A stretch of 47,104 nt of DNA from Cytophagales bacterium (GTDB lineage: Bacteria > Bacteroidota > Bacteroidia > Cytophagales > Cytophagaceae): contig JAYSUZ010000286.1 in assembly GCA_043718845.1 (NCBI GenBank), positions 1 through 47,104 of the forward strand, given 5' to 3'. This document shows, piece by piece, positions 1 to 10,286 of this stretch. Position 1 is the first letter of the stretch. The number at the start of each line of letters is the position of its first letter. The position numbers were made by a program, and so were the translations under genes. The notes below the pieces were generated by a model. It was not told the DNA's origin. It searched no databases and worked only from the letters and a program-made list of their open reading frames with translations.

Positions 1-2
1 AT

Positions 3-1082
3 GTCGTAAAAACAAACGACGATACATTAGTTTTTATGGCTACCGACCCGGCAGACAATACCAAATTGAATTTATATGCTACTGATGGAACCACCATAGG
101 AACGACTTCGGTTGCTTTTATACAAACGGGTAGCCGACTTTCGCAACAAACTGTAATGACAAATGTAGGCGATAAAGTGTTTTTTTTTAACAAAGAAGCG
201 GGTATCGATTGTTGTAATTTTTTATGGGTAACCGATGGGACAATTGCAGGAACTACTAAATTGTCTGAATTCAACACTGTAGATTTTGTAAATTATGAGC
301 GTTACCGAAACGCATTAGATTTTAACGATAAATTCTATTTCATGGCTGTAGCGAATGGAGGCAATAGTAACAATGACAGAGTGCTATGGGTAAGCGATGG
401 CACTGCGCTAGGGACGTTCGCGTTGAACGACGCTTCGGTCTTTACGAAACCGTCGTATCTTACAGTATTTAACGGTAAATTATATTTTAGCGGATATGCT
501 AAAAACTCTTACAACTACGAGCTTTTCGTAACAGACGGAACGGTATTGGGCACACAAAATGTAGGGCTGACGTATGACACAAGAGCGGTGTATGCCTATG
601 AATTGATTACAGACAATACTCATTTATTTGTAGCCGCAGATTGCTACAATCACGGCGCTGAAATATTTCGATACGATGGCATAAATACATCTTGCGAACT
701 CTCTGAAGGCAGTCCATCAACCGCTACATCAGACCCCAAAGAACTGTTTGTAAATGGAACTGAATTCTACTTTACAGCAGACATTACAGCTTATGGACGT
801 GAAGTATTCACCACTACCTTTGGAGCTACGCCTTTATCCATACTACCCGAATATAAAAACAGTACCTTTACCTTGTTTCCAAATCCTGCCAATAACCACG
901 TAGAACTAAAAACAGAAAAAAATATTGTTCAAGTAGCACTCCTAAATGCTACAGGAAAAACGCTTCTCCTTACCGATAATACTACGCTGAATTTAGAAAA
1001 CTACCCTGCGGGAATTTATTTCATTAAAATTACATTAGAAGATTTCACAACGGTAAGTAATCGATTTATCATCGCTAGATAA
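3..1082 (+). CDS. ELWxxDGT-repeat secreted protein with T9SS C-terminal sorting domain (5' partial)
   Basis: The frame is open from nt 3 with no stop before the ATG at 36, so the gene probably begins left of the window. It has repeated L(Y/W/F)xTDGTxxGT motifs (LYATDGTTIGT, LWVTDGTIAGT, LWVSDGTALGT, LFVTDGTVLGT). The C-terminus FTLFPNPANNHVEL...GIYFIKI is typical of T9SS CTDs. Confidence 0.75.
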   Translation, partial: VVKTNDDTLVFMATDPADNTKLNLYATDGTTIGTTSVAFIQTGSRLSQQTVMTNVGDKVFFFNKEAGIDCCNFLWVTDGTIAGTTKLSEFNTVDFVNYERYRNALDFNDKFYFMAVANGGNSNNDRVLWVSDGTALGTFALNDASVFTKPSYLTVFNGKLYFSGYAKNSYNYELFVTDGTVLGTQNVGLTYDTRAVYAYELITDNTHLFVAADCYNHGAEIFRYDGINTSCELSEGSPSTATSDPKELFVNGTEFYFTADITAYGREVFTTTFGATPLSILPEYKNSTFTLFPNPANNHVELKTEKNIVQVALLNATGKTLLLTDNTTLNLENYPAGIYFIKITLEDFTTVSNRFIIAR

Positions 1083-1326
1083 GTTGAATTTTCAACAGCT
1101 CTTCGTCGTAAACATCCATAGCTACTCGGGCATTTTGGTATGGGTGATTTTGGCAGACTTTAGCATTCTGTCAATTTTAATCATCTTCATCATCATCAAA
1201 AAGCGTTTTCCGTAGATATTTAAGTTTTCAGGCATTTTCCGTGATGTAAACTTCATAGTCAACTACTTGTTATTATGTATAAAAATAGTAAAAATGAATC
1301 AAATAAAAAAACCGTATCTTTACTTT

Positions 1327-4173
1327 ATGAGTACTCCTAAAAAACTTTTTGTTCTAGACGCTATGGCGCTTATTTACAGGGCACATTTTGCGTTCAGTAA
1401 AAACCCTCGTATTACTTCCGAGGGACTGAATACCTCCGCTGTTTTTGGTTTTACCAATACCCTTTGGGAAGTACTCTCCAAAGAAAAACCTACCCATATC
1501 GCCGTAGCGTTTGACATGCCCGGCCCTACCTTTCGACATGAAAATTTTGCCGCCTATAAAGCCAATCGACAAGAACAACCGGAAGACATAACCTTGGCAA
1601 TACCCTTAGTCAAAAAATTATTGCATTGTTTTAATATCCCCGTACTAGAACTTCCAGGGTTTGAAGCGGACGACATCGCAGGAACAATAGCCAAAAGAGC
1701 CGAAGCCGAAGGCTATCAAGTATACTTGATGACCATGGACAAAGATTATTGTCAGCTGGTCACCGAAAATGTTTTTGTTTTCAAACCTGCTTATATGGGC
1801 AATGGAAACGAAGTAATCGATACTGCTAGAGTATTGGAACGATTTGGAATCGAAAAAGTGGCACAAGTAATCGACATCCTCGGACTCATGGGCGATAGTG
1901 TAGACAATATCCCTGGCATTCCCGGTATTGGCGAAAAAACTGCTCAAAAATTAATTGCCGAATTCGGTTCGGTAGAAAATATAATTGCCAATGCCGACAA
2001 GTTGAAAGGCAAGCAAAAAGAAAATGTGATCAATTTTGCAGCACAAGGAATACTCTCCAAAGAGCTTGCTACAATTCATTGCGATGTACCCATCACCTTC
2101 ACCGACGAAGACCTCCACTACGACGGTCCGGACAAAGAAAAGCTCTCTGCACTTTTCGACGAGTTGGAATTTCGTAATATGAAAAAACGAATTATCGGAG
2201 AAGAATATGCAGAAGACACTTCCTCTTCAACACCGAAAACTACGGCTACAAAAACAACAAAAAAATCGGATCAATCTCAAATGTCTTTATTTGGAGGAGG
2301 AGCACCAACGACCTCGAGCGCTGAAGAGGAAGAAGAAGAAATTATTCAACCAAAAAATTACGACACCATAGACTCGGTCTTGCACGATTATTATACAGTA
2401 GACACACCCGACCTTAGAAAAAGTTTGATCCAGCAATTGAAAAAACAACCTGAATTTTGCTTTGATACCGAGACTACAAGTTTGGAAGCTATCGAAGCCG
2501 AACTGGTAGGCATAGCATTTTCCTACTATCAAAACGAAGCGTACTACGTCCCAATTCCTGCAGACAGAGAAGAAGCCCAAGCGATGATTGACGAATTCAA
2601 GGACGTACTTGGAGATGCCTCGATTCGAAAAATTGGACAAAATTTAAAATACGATATTCTAATTCTAAAAAATTACAACATTGAAGTAAAAGGGCAACTT
2701 TTTGACACGATGCTTGCACACTACCTCATAGAGCCGGACAAACGCCATGGGATGGATGTATTGGCTGAAAACTACTTGAATTATTCTCCTGTATCTATTG
2801 ATGGGTTGATAGGCAAAAAAAGCGGAAACCTAGGTACAATGAGGGATGTAGCAATAGAGAAAATATCCGAATATGCCGCCGAAGACGCAGATGTTACCTA
2901 TAAACTCAAAACAATTTTCGCTCCTCTATTAAAACAAAATAAGTTAGAAAAACTGTTTGAAGAAGTTGAAAATCCATTAATAGAAGTGCTGGCCGACATG
3001 GAACATGCCGGCGTAAAAATAAATACCGAAGCGCTAAAAGAATTTTCAGGAGAATTGGCAAAAGAAATCGTGATTGCCGAAAAGAAAATATACGAACAAG
3101 CAGGTGTTCATTTCAATATTGCTTCGCCAAAACAATTGGGCGATGTATTGTTTGAAAAATTAAAATTAGATCCAAAAGCAAAAAAAACCAAAACAGGACA
3201 ATACGCTACAGGAGAAGAAATATTGAGCAAACTTGCGTACGAACATAAAATAGCAAACGATATTTTAGAATTTCGGGAACTTCAAAAATTGAAATCTACT
3301 TATGTAGATGCGCTTCCGGCATTAATAAGTAAAATAGATCAACGGGTACATACCTCCTATAATCAAGCGGTAGCGGCTACAGGGCGATTAAGTTCTACCA
3401 ATCCCAACTTGCAAAATATTCCTATTCGTACCGATAGAGGAAAAGAAATCCGTCGCGCGTTTGTTTGTAAAGATAAAGACCATTTAATTTTATCGGCCGA
3501 TTATTCGCAAATAGAATTGCGTATTATGGCTGCTTTTAGTAAAGAAGAAAATATGATCAATTCCTTTAAAAATGGCATTGACATTCACTCTACAACAGCC
3601 AGTAAAGTATTTAAAGTAGCCCTCGACGAAGTCACTTCGGACATGCGAAGGAAAGCCAAAATGGTAAACTTTGGAATCATTTACGGCATCTCTGCCTTTG
3701 GACTTTCTCAGCGCTTGGATATCCCACGAAAAGAAGCAGCAGAAATAATCGAAGCCTACTTTGATCAATTTCCAGCTATAAAAACCTACATGGACAAAGT
3801 AGTAAACGACGCCAGAGAAACAGGCTACGTAGAAACTATACTAGGACGAAAACGCTACCTTGCCGACATAACCTCAGGCAATGCCACATTGCGTGGCTAT
3901 GCAGAGCGAAATGCCATCAATGCGCCCATTCAAGGAAGCGCTGCGGACATGATAAAAATTGCGATGATCAATATTCATCAATGGATGAAAAAAGAAAACC
4001 TAAAATCACAAATGGTGATGCAGGTGCACGATGAATTGGTGTTCGACGTTCATTTGGACGAACTAGAATTAATGAAAGAAAACATCGGAAAATTCATGAA
4101 AGAAGCTATAGACATGGGAGTGCCCATGGAGATAGGAATAGGTGTAGGCACAAATTGGCTGGAGGCACATTAG
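1327..4173 (+). CDS. polA: DNA polymerase I
   Basis: The N-terminus is a 5'-3' exonuclease (LFVLDAMALIYRAHFA). This is followed by a 3'-5' exo domain (FCFDTETTSL), then polymerase motifs (LSADYSQIELRI, QVHDELVF). The ORF-track start at 1267 is a TTG; the ATG at 1327 (MSTPKKLFVLD) fits the family N-terminus better. Confidence 0.95.
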   Translation: MSTPKKLFVLDAMALIYRAHFAFSKNPRITSEGLNTSAVFGFTNTLWEVLSKEKPTHIAVAFDMPGPTFRHENFAAYKANRQEQPEDITLAIPLVKKLLHCFNIPVLELPGFEADDIAGTIAKRAEAEGYQVYLMTMDKDYCQLVTENVFVFKPAYMGNGNEVIDTARVLERFGIEKVAQVIDILGLMGDSVDNIPGIPGIGEKTAQKLIAEFGSVENIIANADKLKGKQKENVINFAAQGILSKELATIHCDVPITFTDEDLHYDGPDKEKLSALFDELEFRNMKKRIIGEEYAEDTSSSTPKTTATKTTKKSDQSQMSLFGGGAPTTSSAEEEEEEIIQPKNYDTIDSVLHDYYTVDTPDLRKSLIQQLKKQPEFCFDTETTSLEAIEAELVGIAFSYYQNEAYYVPIPADREEAQAMIDEFKDVLGDASIRKIGQNLKYDILILKNYNIEVKGQLFDTMLAHYLIEPDKRHGMDVLAENYLNYSPVSIDGLIGKKSGNLGTMRDVAIEKISEYAAEDADVTYKLKTIFAPLLKQNKLEKLFEEVENPLIEVLADMEHAGVKINTEALKEFSGELAKEIVIAEKKIYEQAGVHFNIASPKQLGDVLFEKLKLDPKAKKTKTGQYATGEEILSKLAYEHKIANDILEFRELQKLKSTYVDALPALISKIDQRVHTSYNQAVAATGRLSSTNPNLQNIPIRTDRGKEIRRAFVCKDKDHLILSADYSQIELRIMAAFSKEENMINSFKNGIDIHSTTASKVFKVALDEVTSDMRRKAKMVNFGIIYGISAFGLSQRLDIPRKEAAEIIEAYFDQFPAIKTYMDKVVNDARETGYVETILGRKRYLADITSGNATLRGYAERNAINAPIQGSAADMIKIAMINIHQWMKKENLKSQMVMQVHDELVFDVHLDELELMKENIGKFMKEAIDMGVPMEIGIGVGTNWLEAH

Positions 4174-4188
4174 GCAATTAAGCATTCC

Positions 4189-4228
4189 ATTCATTTTTCG
4201 TTTGTACCACGAATTGACGAAAATGAAT
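4189..4228 (+). terminator. Imperfect hairpin downstream of polA (possible terminator)
   Basis: attcatttttcg (4189-4200) pairs with cgaaaatgaat (4218-4228) with one bulged base and a 17-nt loop. It lies 16 nt after the polA stop. There is no clear T-run. Confidence 0.3.
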
Positions 4229-4892
4229 TGAATTCTTGCATTGTCCTATTTATTTTACCCTATCGAAAAAACAAACACTTATTAATTCAAAAAAAAGCAC
4301 AACTCACTTATATACAATGTCTGGATAAGTGTTTAAACAATCAATTAATCCTGAAATACGTACTTCATCGCTCGAATACATGTAAAAATTCAAGTATAAA
4401 TTAGGAGGTATTCCATTTTATCGGAGCGCTGGTGATTTTAAAAGCACATTTCTTACATAGAAGTAACCACTTAGATATGTTTATGGACAACCACTCTCAT
4501 TTTCCACCGTTAAAACCCTTAACTAAACAATAAAGGCGTATGGAACTTTTTATAATTGACGGGAGAAAAGTTTCACAAGCGAGAAATAATACCTGCTTGC
4601 TAAATGTACTGAGGGAAAATAAATCGGACTTGTATCGCTACAATGACAACTCCCGCACTTCCCGTGCTGCTCTAAAATTTCGCAAAAAATCAATCGCTAC
4701 AATTGTTTATTTAAAAATAATGAATAGGAGGAGGATGTTGGAATTATTAGGGTTATACACTTTATCATTAAACTAAAATACGTTCCAAAACCCATAATCA
4801 TACTTTTTTCAATTCGAGCAACCAACTCTATTACGGCTCTACTTTTTTATTATATAACAACACACTGTATTTGTATCCGCCACACAAAAGAT

Positions 4893-4929
4893 CAAAAAAA
4901 AGCCTTTCTAAAAATAGAAAGGCTTTTTC
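4893..4929. terminator. Bidirectional intrinsic terminator downstream of dnaA
   Basis: Perfect 9-bp stem agcctttct (4901-4909) / agaaaggct (4916-4924), flanked by an A-run upstream and ttttt downstream. It lies 30 nt beyond the dnaA stop on the minus strand. Confidence 0.65.
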
Positions 4930-4958
4930 GAAAGAAGACAGGAGGCATAAGCCGATTA

Positions 4959-6371
4959 TTAAATTGCTTTTAGTTTAATTTTCTTCATTAATTCCTGCAT
5001 GGTAGCGTTAAATTTCTTATCCGTATCCATCAAATCGTTTACCGACTGAATAGCGTGAATAACGGTACTATGATCTCTATTACCAAAATTACTGCCTATA
5101 GATTTAAGAGACATGTTGGTATATTCTTTTGCAAAATACATAGACACTTGACGGGCTACTACTATTTCTCGTTTTCGTGTTTTATCTTTCATTTGCTCAA
5201 TAGAAACTGTAAAGAACTCCGAAACGAATTTCATAATATAGTCTATACCTACTTCGGTCTCTACGTTTTGAACAATTGATTGAATAGTTTGTTTGGCCAA
5301 TTCTAAATCAATTTCTCTTTGATTTAGAGCAGCTTGAGCGATAATAGTATTTATTACACCCTCAATTTCACGAACATTGGTATCAATACTGTACGCCAAA
5401 TACTCTAATACGTCAGCAGGAATCTCTACTTGCTCTGCCTCTAGTTTCTTTTGGATAATAGCCACTCGCGTCTCAAAATCTGGTGTTTGAAGGTCTGCCG
5501 TCAGCCCCCATTTGAAACGAGAAAGTAAGCGCTCTTGAAAGCCTATAAGATCTTTAGGAGCTCTATCTGAAGTCATGACAATTTGTTTGCCCGACTGGTG
5601 TAAATCATTAAATATATGAAAGAATATCTCTTGTGTTTTTTCTTTGTTGGCAAGAAATTGAACATCGTCCAAGATCAATACATCTGCTTTTAAGAAGAAA
5701 TTGGAGAAATCGCGAATGGCATTATTTTTAACAGCCTCGATGAATTGGTTCGCAAATTTTTCGGCAGAAACATAAAGCACCGCCTTTTCTTCGTGGTTCT
5801 TTTTAATATAGTTACCGATTGCTTGCACCAAGTGTGTTTTGCCTAAACCCACTTTCCCGTAAAGCATTAATGGGTTAAAAGACGTAGACCCTGGCTTTTT
5901 GGCTACTGCAAAACCAGAAGAGCGCGCCAACCTATTGCTATCGCCTTCTATAAAGTTATCAAATTGATATTTAGTATTGAGTTGAACATCAAAACCGAAA
6001 GACCCGAGATCATTAGAATCAGAAAAAGATTTCGAATCAGAAGTCTTTCCTCCCACCTTGTTACCTGATTGTAAACTGATATTATATAATTTATTATTTT
6101 CGCTTGTTTTACCTTCTGGAGATATTGCGTATTCTAGTCGTGCTAAAGGGCCTAACTCCGCATGAATAGAATCTTTCAAAACGTGTACGTAATGCTCTTC
6201 CAACCATTCGTAAAAAAACCTACTAGGCACTTGTATTGTTAATATATTATCAGTCAATGACAAAGGAACGATAGGTTCAAACCACGTTTTGAAACTTTGA
6301 TCGCCAACCATCTCTCGTATTACAGATAAACAATTGCTCCAAACGGATTTACATTCTTTAACTTCTATCAT
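4959..6371 (-). CDS. dnaA: Chromosomal replication initiator protein DnaA
   Basis: N-terminus FKTWFEPIVPL, AAA+ Walker A GKVGLGKTHL, Walker B LILDDVQFL, and C-terminal DNA-binding domain (REIVVARQVSMYFAKEYT, DHSTVIHA). Confidence 0.97.
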   Translation of the reverse strand: MIEVKECKSVWSNCLSVIREMVGDQSFKTWFEPIVPLSLTDNILTIQVPSRFFYEWLEEHYVHVLKDSIHAELGPLARLEYAISPEGKTSENNKLYNISLQSGNKVGGKTSDSKSFSDSNDLGSFGFDVQLNTKYQFDNFIEGDSNRLARSSGFAVAKKPGSTSFNPLMLYGKVGLGKTHLVQAIGNYIKKNHEEKAVLYVSAEKFANQFIEAVKNNAIRDFSNFFLKADVLILDDVQFLANKEKTQEIFFHIFNDLHQSGKQIVMTSDRAPKDLIGFQERLLSRFKWGLTADLQTPDFETRVAIIQKKLEAEQVEIPADVLEYLAYSIDTNVREIEGVINTIIAQAALNQREIDLELAKQTIQSIVQNVETEVGIDYIMKFVSEFFTVSIEQMKDKTRKREIVVARQVSMYFAKEYTNMSLKSIGSNFGNRDHSTVIHAIQSVNDLMDTDKKFNATMQELMKKIKLKAI

Positions 6372-6693
6372 CTTTTAACGGTCTTTTTAACTAAAGTAGG
6401 CTCCTCTTCACTGAGTAGGGTGACAAATTTGTGGAAAAAAAATATACTAAAAAAATTTTGCACAGGGCTTGATTTTATGATAACCTTATGAATGACGTTT
6501 TTTACGATTTATCCACAAAATATTCTTGCTATAGTACAGCCGATTCTTGATAATTTAATATCAAAAATCGTCGTTAAAAGTTCAATCGTTACTTATTTTT
6601 CATTAAAAAAAAGATTATAAAATTTTTAAAAAAAACAAATGTTATTATATCAATTATTTTAGCTATTTTATAAAAGTTTATTAAACAACCTTC
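6372..6693. promoter_or_regulatory. Candidate oriC / dnaA control region (DnaA boxes plus A/T-rich tract)
   Basis: Perfect DnaA box TTATCCACA at 6509-6517. An 8/9 box in inverse orientation, TGTGGAAAA, at 6430-6438. A 7/9 box TTTTGCACA at 6456-6464. A nearly pure A/T stretch at about 6590-6690. Confidence 0.5.
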
Positions 6694-9600
6694 ATGACTT
6701 CTACGAATCAATACGCTCCAAAACACAAGTACTCAAAGGCTTCCAAAGCTATTTGGGCAGAAAAATTAAGAGCAGAAATGGCAGTTTCCGAGGCGCTTAA
6801 CGAAAAAGATTATTTAAAAAAAATACATGGAAAAGAGGATGAAGTTCAACCTACTATCCTTCCGATTCTTTACAAAAACCACCACCAAAATACACTGTTT
6901 CCATCCCAATGGAGCTTCAAAGAAATTATTACACTTTACAACACTGAAAAGAGCCTACTTTTAGCGCATAATTCCTTCAAAGAAGGGGCATCTGAAATTA
7001 TATACCGCTCAGATAAAACCCTTTCCTTAAAACAAAAAAATACTATTAAAAGAGCGAATAAAGGCATTCCGCTTTCATTTTATGCACAAAACACCCCAAC
7101 AAAGTCCCCAAAAGGCAAAACGGTTGACTTTAAAACACTAAAAAACGGTAACAATTTAGTAATAGACGGATTAACAACGAACAGCAATGCCAGTAGTATT
7201 GAACTATTAAAAACCTCCGCACTAAGAATCTGCGCCTTGGCACAAGCTATCAAAGAGGCAGACGAGCACCCTGAAGCGCTCCTAAAAAAGTGCACACTCG
7301 CTTGGCTGCCCAAAGACGACAGTATTCAAAACATGGCTGCCCTACGCTCCTTGCGGTACTTATGGCACATTATTATCCAACATTATTTCGACTTGACACT
7401 ACCTGCCAAAATTCATACTTTTATTCCCATTGGAGACGATTTTAATAAAAGTATTGTCGCCGCTACTGCCAAAATGCTATCGTCTGTTTGTGGCGGTTGT
7501 GATGCTATAAGTACCCTGTTTTCCAAGAAAAACCACTACAACGCCAAACACAGAAGAATAGCACGAAATATCAGTCTTATCTTAAAACACGAAGCCTATC
7601 TCGACAAGGTAAGCAACCCTCTCGAAGGAAGCTATTCCATCGAATACCTAACCGATAATTTTCTTTCGGAAACACTCGCAAGCCTAAAAGAGCGGGGGTT
7701 TGACCTGTCACCCACTCCGCTCAAAAGCACTGCAACTGCACGAACAAAATTCGTGACCACTACCCAAGAAAATATAACCCTACAAGCTACGTACACGAAA
7801 GAAGACGTGCCTGATTTTATAGAAACAGGTTACAGTGCTGGTGTAGCGCCCTTTCTACGCGCCCCTTATGCCAGCATGTACCTTCATAAACCTTGGACGA
7901 TTCGCCAATACGCAGGGTTTTCTAGCGCCAAAGATTCCAACGATTTCTATAAAAAAAATTTGGCGGCAGGACAAATGGGTTTATCCATAGCCTTCGACCT
8001 GCCTACGCACCGCGGCTATGATTCCGACCATATACGCGTAACCGGCGATGTAGGGAAAGCGGGTGTTGCCATAGACACGGTAGAAGATATGAAAATTTTA
8101 TTCGACGGTATTCCGTTGGATAAAATGTCGGTTTCTATGACCATGAATGGAGCCGTACTTCCTATCATGGCATTCTATATTGTAGCCGCAGAAGAGCAAG
8201 GTGTGCCGCTTGCCCGGCTCAGCGGCACTATTCAAAACGACATTCTAAAAGAATTTTTAGTACGGAATACCTACATCTATCCGCCGGCTCCTTCGATGAA
8301 AATAGTAGCGGATATTTTTCAGTTTTGTTCGGCAAAAATGCCGAAATTTAATACCATTAGTATCAGTGGCTACCACATGCACGAAGCAGGCGCTCCAGCC
8401 GATCTCGAACTTGCGTACACCCTCGCCGATGGATTGGACTATGTGCGCACCGGCATTAACGCAGGTATAGCCGTAGACAATTTTGCCCCTCGCCTAAGTT
8501 TCTTTTGGGGCATTGGCATGAACTTTTTCATGGAAATAGCCAAGATGCGTGCCGGACGTTTTTTATGGGCTACGTTGATGCAACAATTTAATCCTAAAAA
8601 CGAAAAGTCGCTCCTACTCCGCACGCACTGCCAGACTTCGGGGTGGAGTTTGGCCAGCAAGGATCCCTACAACAATATAACCCGTACTACAATAGAAGCG
8701 ATGGCCGCCGTAATGGGGCATACACAATCGTTGCACACCAATTCGTACGACGAAGCATTGGCACTGCCCTCTGCGCAATCCTCTAAAGTAGCCCGCGACA
8801 CGCAACTGTATTTGCAAAAAGAAAGCGGTATTTGCAGTTATATCGATGCGATGGGCGGCTCTTATTATGTAGAAAGCCTCACTGCTCAGCTCATCGAAAA
8901 GGCATCCAAACATATAGAAGAAATTGAATCTTATGGAGGCATAACTAAAGCTATTGCATCGGGTATTCCCAAATTAAAAATTGAAGAAGCCGCCGCAAGA
9001 AAACAAGCTCGACTAGATTCGGGCTCGGAAATCATAGTAGGCGTAAATAAATACATGCTTACAAAAGAAGAAAAAATAGAGCTGCTTGAAATAAATAACA
9101 AAAAAGTACTTTTAGAACAAACCGAACGGCTTACTCGGCTCAAATCAGAACGCCATACTGCTGCCGTAACCCTTGCGTTGGATGCGCTTACCAATTGTGC
9201 CTATTCGGGTATTGGAAATCTATTGGCGCTATCCATCGAAGCTGCCCGAAAAAGGGCTACCCTGGGCGAAATTTCATTGGCTATAGAAAAACCGTTTGGC
9301 AGGCATCAGGCAAACTCAATGACGGTCTCTGGCGTATATAAAGCCGCGATGACCGATCAGAAAAAGATACAAGCCGTGCTGAAGCGTACAGAAAAATTTG
9401 CCAAAACAAAGGGCCGACGCCCGCGTATGCTCGTGGCAAAAATGGGACAAGACGGTCATGATCGTGGGGCGAAATTAATAGCGGGTGGTTTTTCAGACCT
9501 AGGCTTTGATATTGACCTTGGCCCTCTATTCAGCACTCCTGAAGAAGTAGCTAAGCAAGCCATAGAAAACGACGTACACCTCATCGGCATCTCTAGCCTT

Positions 9601-9807
9601 GCGGCGGGGCACGATACGCTTATTCCCGCACTTATGAAAGCCTTGGAACAATACAGCAGAAGGGATATTCTTGTAATTGTAGGCGGAATAATTCCGGCAA
9701 AAGATTATGCTTTTCTAAAGAAAATTGGCGTAGTAGGCATCTATGGTCCAGGAACGGTATTAGCAGATGCAGCGGTAGAATTATTAAGTTTGCTAGAGAA
9801 AAAATAA
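6694..9807 (+). CDS. Methylmalonyl-CoA mutase family protein, long form (beta-like N-terminal region + catalytic barrel + B12-binding domain)
   Basis: From about residue 350 the protein shows alpha-subunit hallmarks: [43 protein letters not shown]. The C-terminal B12 domain has [14 protein letters not shown] and GISSLAAGH. The first ~340 aa are divergent; the [14 protein letters not shown] segment resembles the corresponding helix of mutase barrels. Confidence 0.85.
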   Translation: MTSTNQYAPKHKYSKASKAIWAEKLRAEMAVSEALNEKDYLKKIHGKEDEVQPTILPILYKNHHQNTLFPSQWSFKEIITLYNTEKSLLLAHNSFKEGASEIIYRSDKTLSLKQKNTIKRANKGIPLSFYAQNTPTKSPKGKTVDFKTLKNGNNLVIDGLTTNSNASSIELLKTSALRICALAQAIKEADEHPEALLKKCTLAWLPKDDSIQNMAALRSLRYLWHIIIQHYFDLTLPAKIHTFIPIGDDFNKSIVAATAKMLSSVCGGCDAISTLFSKKNHYNAKHRRIARNISLILKHEAYLDKVSNPLEGSYSIEYLTDNFLSETLASLKERGFDLSPTPLKSTATARTKFVTTTQENITLQATYTKEDVPDFIETGYSAGVAPFLRAPYASMYLHKPWTIRQYAGFSSAKDSNDFYKKNLAAGQMGLSIAFDLPTHRGYDSDHIRVTGDVGKAGVAIDTVEDMKILFDGIPLDKMSVSMTMNGAVLPIMAFYIVAAEEQGVPLARLSGTIQNDILKEFLVRNTYIYPPAPSMKIVADIFQFCSAKMPKFNTISISGYHMHEAGAPADLELAYTLADGLDYVRTGINAGIAVDNFAPRLSFFWGIGMNFFMEIAKMRAGRFLWATLMQQFNPKNEKSLLLRTHCQTSGWSLASKDPYNNITRTTIEAMAAVMGHTQSLHTNSYDEALALPSAQSSKVARDTQLYLQKESGICSYIDAMGGSYYVESLTAQLIEKASKHIEEIESYGGITKAIASGIPKLKIEEAAARKQARLDSGSEIIVGVNKYMLTKEEKIELLEINNKKVLLEQTERLTRLKSERHTAAVTLALDALTNCAYSGIGNLLALSIEAARKRATLGEISLAIEKPFGRHQANSMTVSGVYKAAMTDQKKIQAVLKRTEKFAKTKGRRPRMLVAKMGQDGHDRGAKLIAGGFSDLGFDIDLGPLFSTPEEVAKQAIENDVHLIGISSLAAGHDTLIPALMKALEQYSRRDILVIVGGIIPAKDYAFLKKIGVVGIYGPGTVLADAAVELLSLLEKK

Positions 9808-9813
9808 ATCCAA

Positions 9814-10272
9814 CTAGAGGATAGTCTTGATACGACTTTCTCGCCCGTTAAATACGAAACAATCGTCTACTTTTTTATTCAAAATCAGCTGTGCAATAGG
9901 TGTGTCTGGTGAGACAGCGAAGTAAGGCTTCCCTTCTACTTCCACGTTTCCTGCGCTTATACTTATAAAATAGGACCCAGATTCCGTTGTTACTAAAGAG
10001 CCCGACAGCACTTTATCTGATTTTTTGGCACTGTCAATATTCAATAAAAATTGTTTTTGTTTGATACATTCCTTGAGTTGGCGTGCATACATATCCCTAG
10101 CATTCTGACTCATAGCCCTGCCCGTTTCGTATTTATCGCCAGCACTACTCTTCTCCTCACTGTTGGCAGAATCTTGAGCTTCTTTCATGGCTTTGGTGGC
10201 AAACGTAATTTTACCTTCCACCCACTCCAAGCATTTTTGATACAGAATGTTTTTCAGCGCTATCGAATCCAT
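9814..10272 (-). CDS. GreA/GreB-like small protein (family often mislabelled 3-oxoacyl-ACP synthase in Flavobacteria)
   Basis: The conserved SSAGDKYETGRAM motif sits in a coiled-coil N-terminal half. The C-terminal half is a beta-rich GreA-C-like domain. Confidence 0.5.
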   Translation of the reverse strand: MDSIALKNILYQKCLEWVEGKITFATKAMKEAQDSANSEEKSSAGDKYETGRAMSQNARDMYARQLKECIKQKQFLLNIDSAKKSDKVLSGSLVTTESGSYFISISAGNVEVEGKPYFAVSPDTPIAQLILNKKVDDCFVFNGRESRIKTIL

Positions 10273-10286
10273 CTTTCAAAAATAGC

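Noticed and set aside
1122-1256. A 44-aa minus-strand ORF (MKFTSRKMPENLNIYGKRFLMMMKMIKIDRMLKSAKITHTKMPE) in the spacer before polA.
   Set aside because: It is compositionally biased and Met/Lys-rich, has no promoter box or recognisable motif, and is a likely random frame in A/T-rich DNA.
2190-2350. A low-complexity Ser/Thr/Lys then poly-Glu stretch in PolA (SSSTPKTTATKTTKK...AEEEEEEII).
   Set aside because: It lies at the junction between the 5'-nuclease and 3'-5' exonuclease domains, where flexible linkers are common. The frame is uninterrupted, so there is no evidence of an insertion element or frameshift.
4735-4776. A 13-codon Leu-rich mini-ORF (MLELLGLYTLSLN) preceded by AGGAGGAGG, resembling a leucine leader peptide.
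   Set aside because: No gene lies downstream on that strand, because dnaA converges here. The leu operon is 35 kb away. Bacteroidota generally do not use strong Shine-Dalgarno sites. No terminator/antiterminator pair follows the ORF.
4540-4776. A 78-aa ORF in the polA-dnaA spacer.
   Set aside because: It has no recognisable domain, an Arg/Asn/Leu-rich composition typical of spurious frames, and no upstream -7 box. It is kept only as part of the gene-free-stretch finding.
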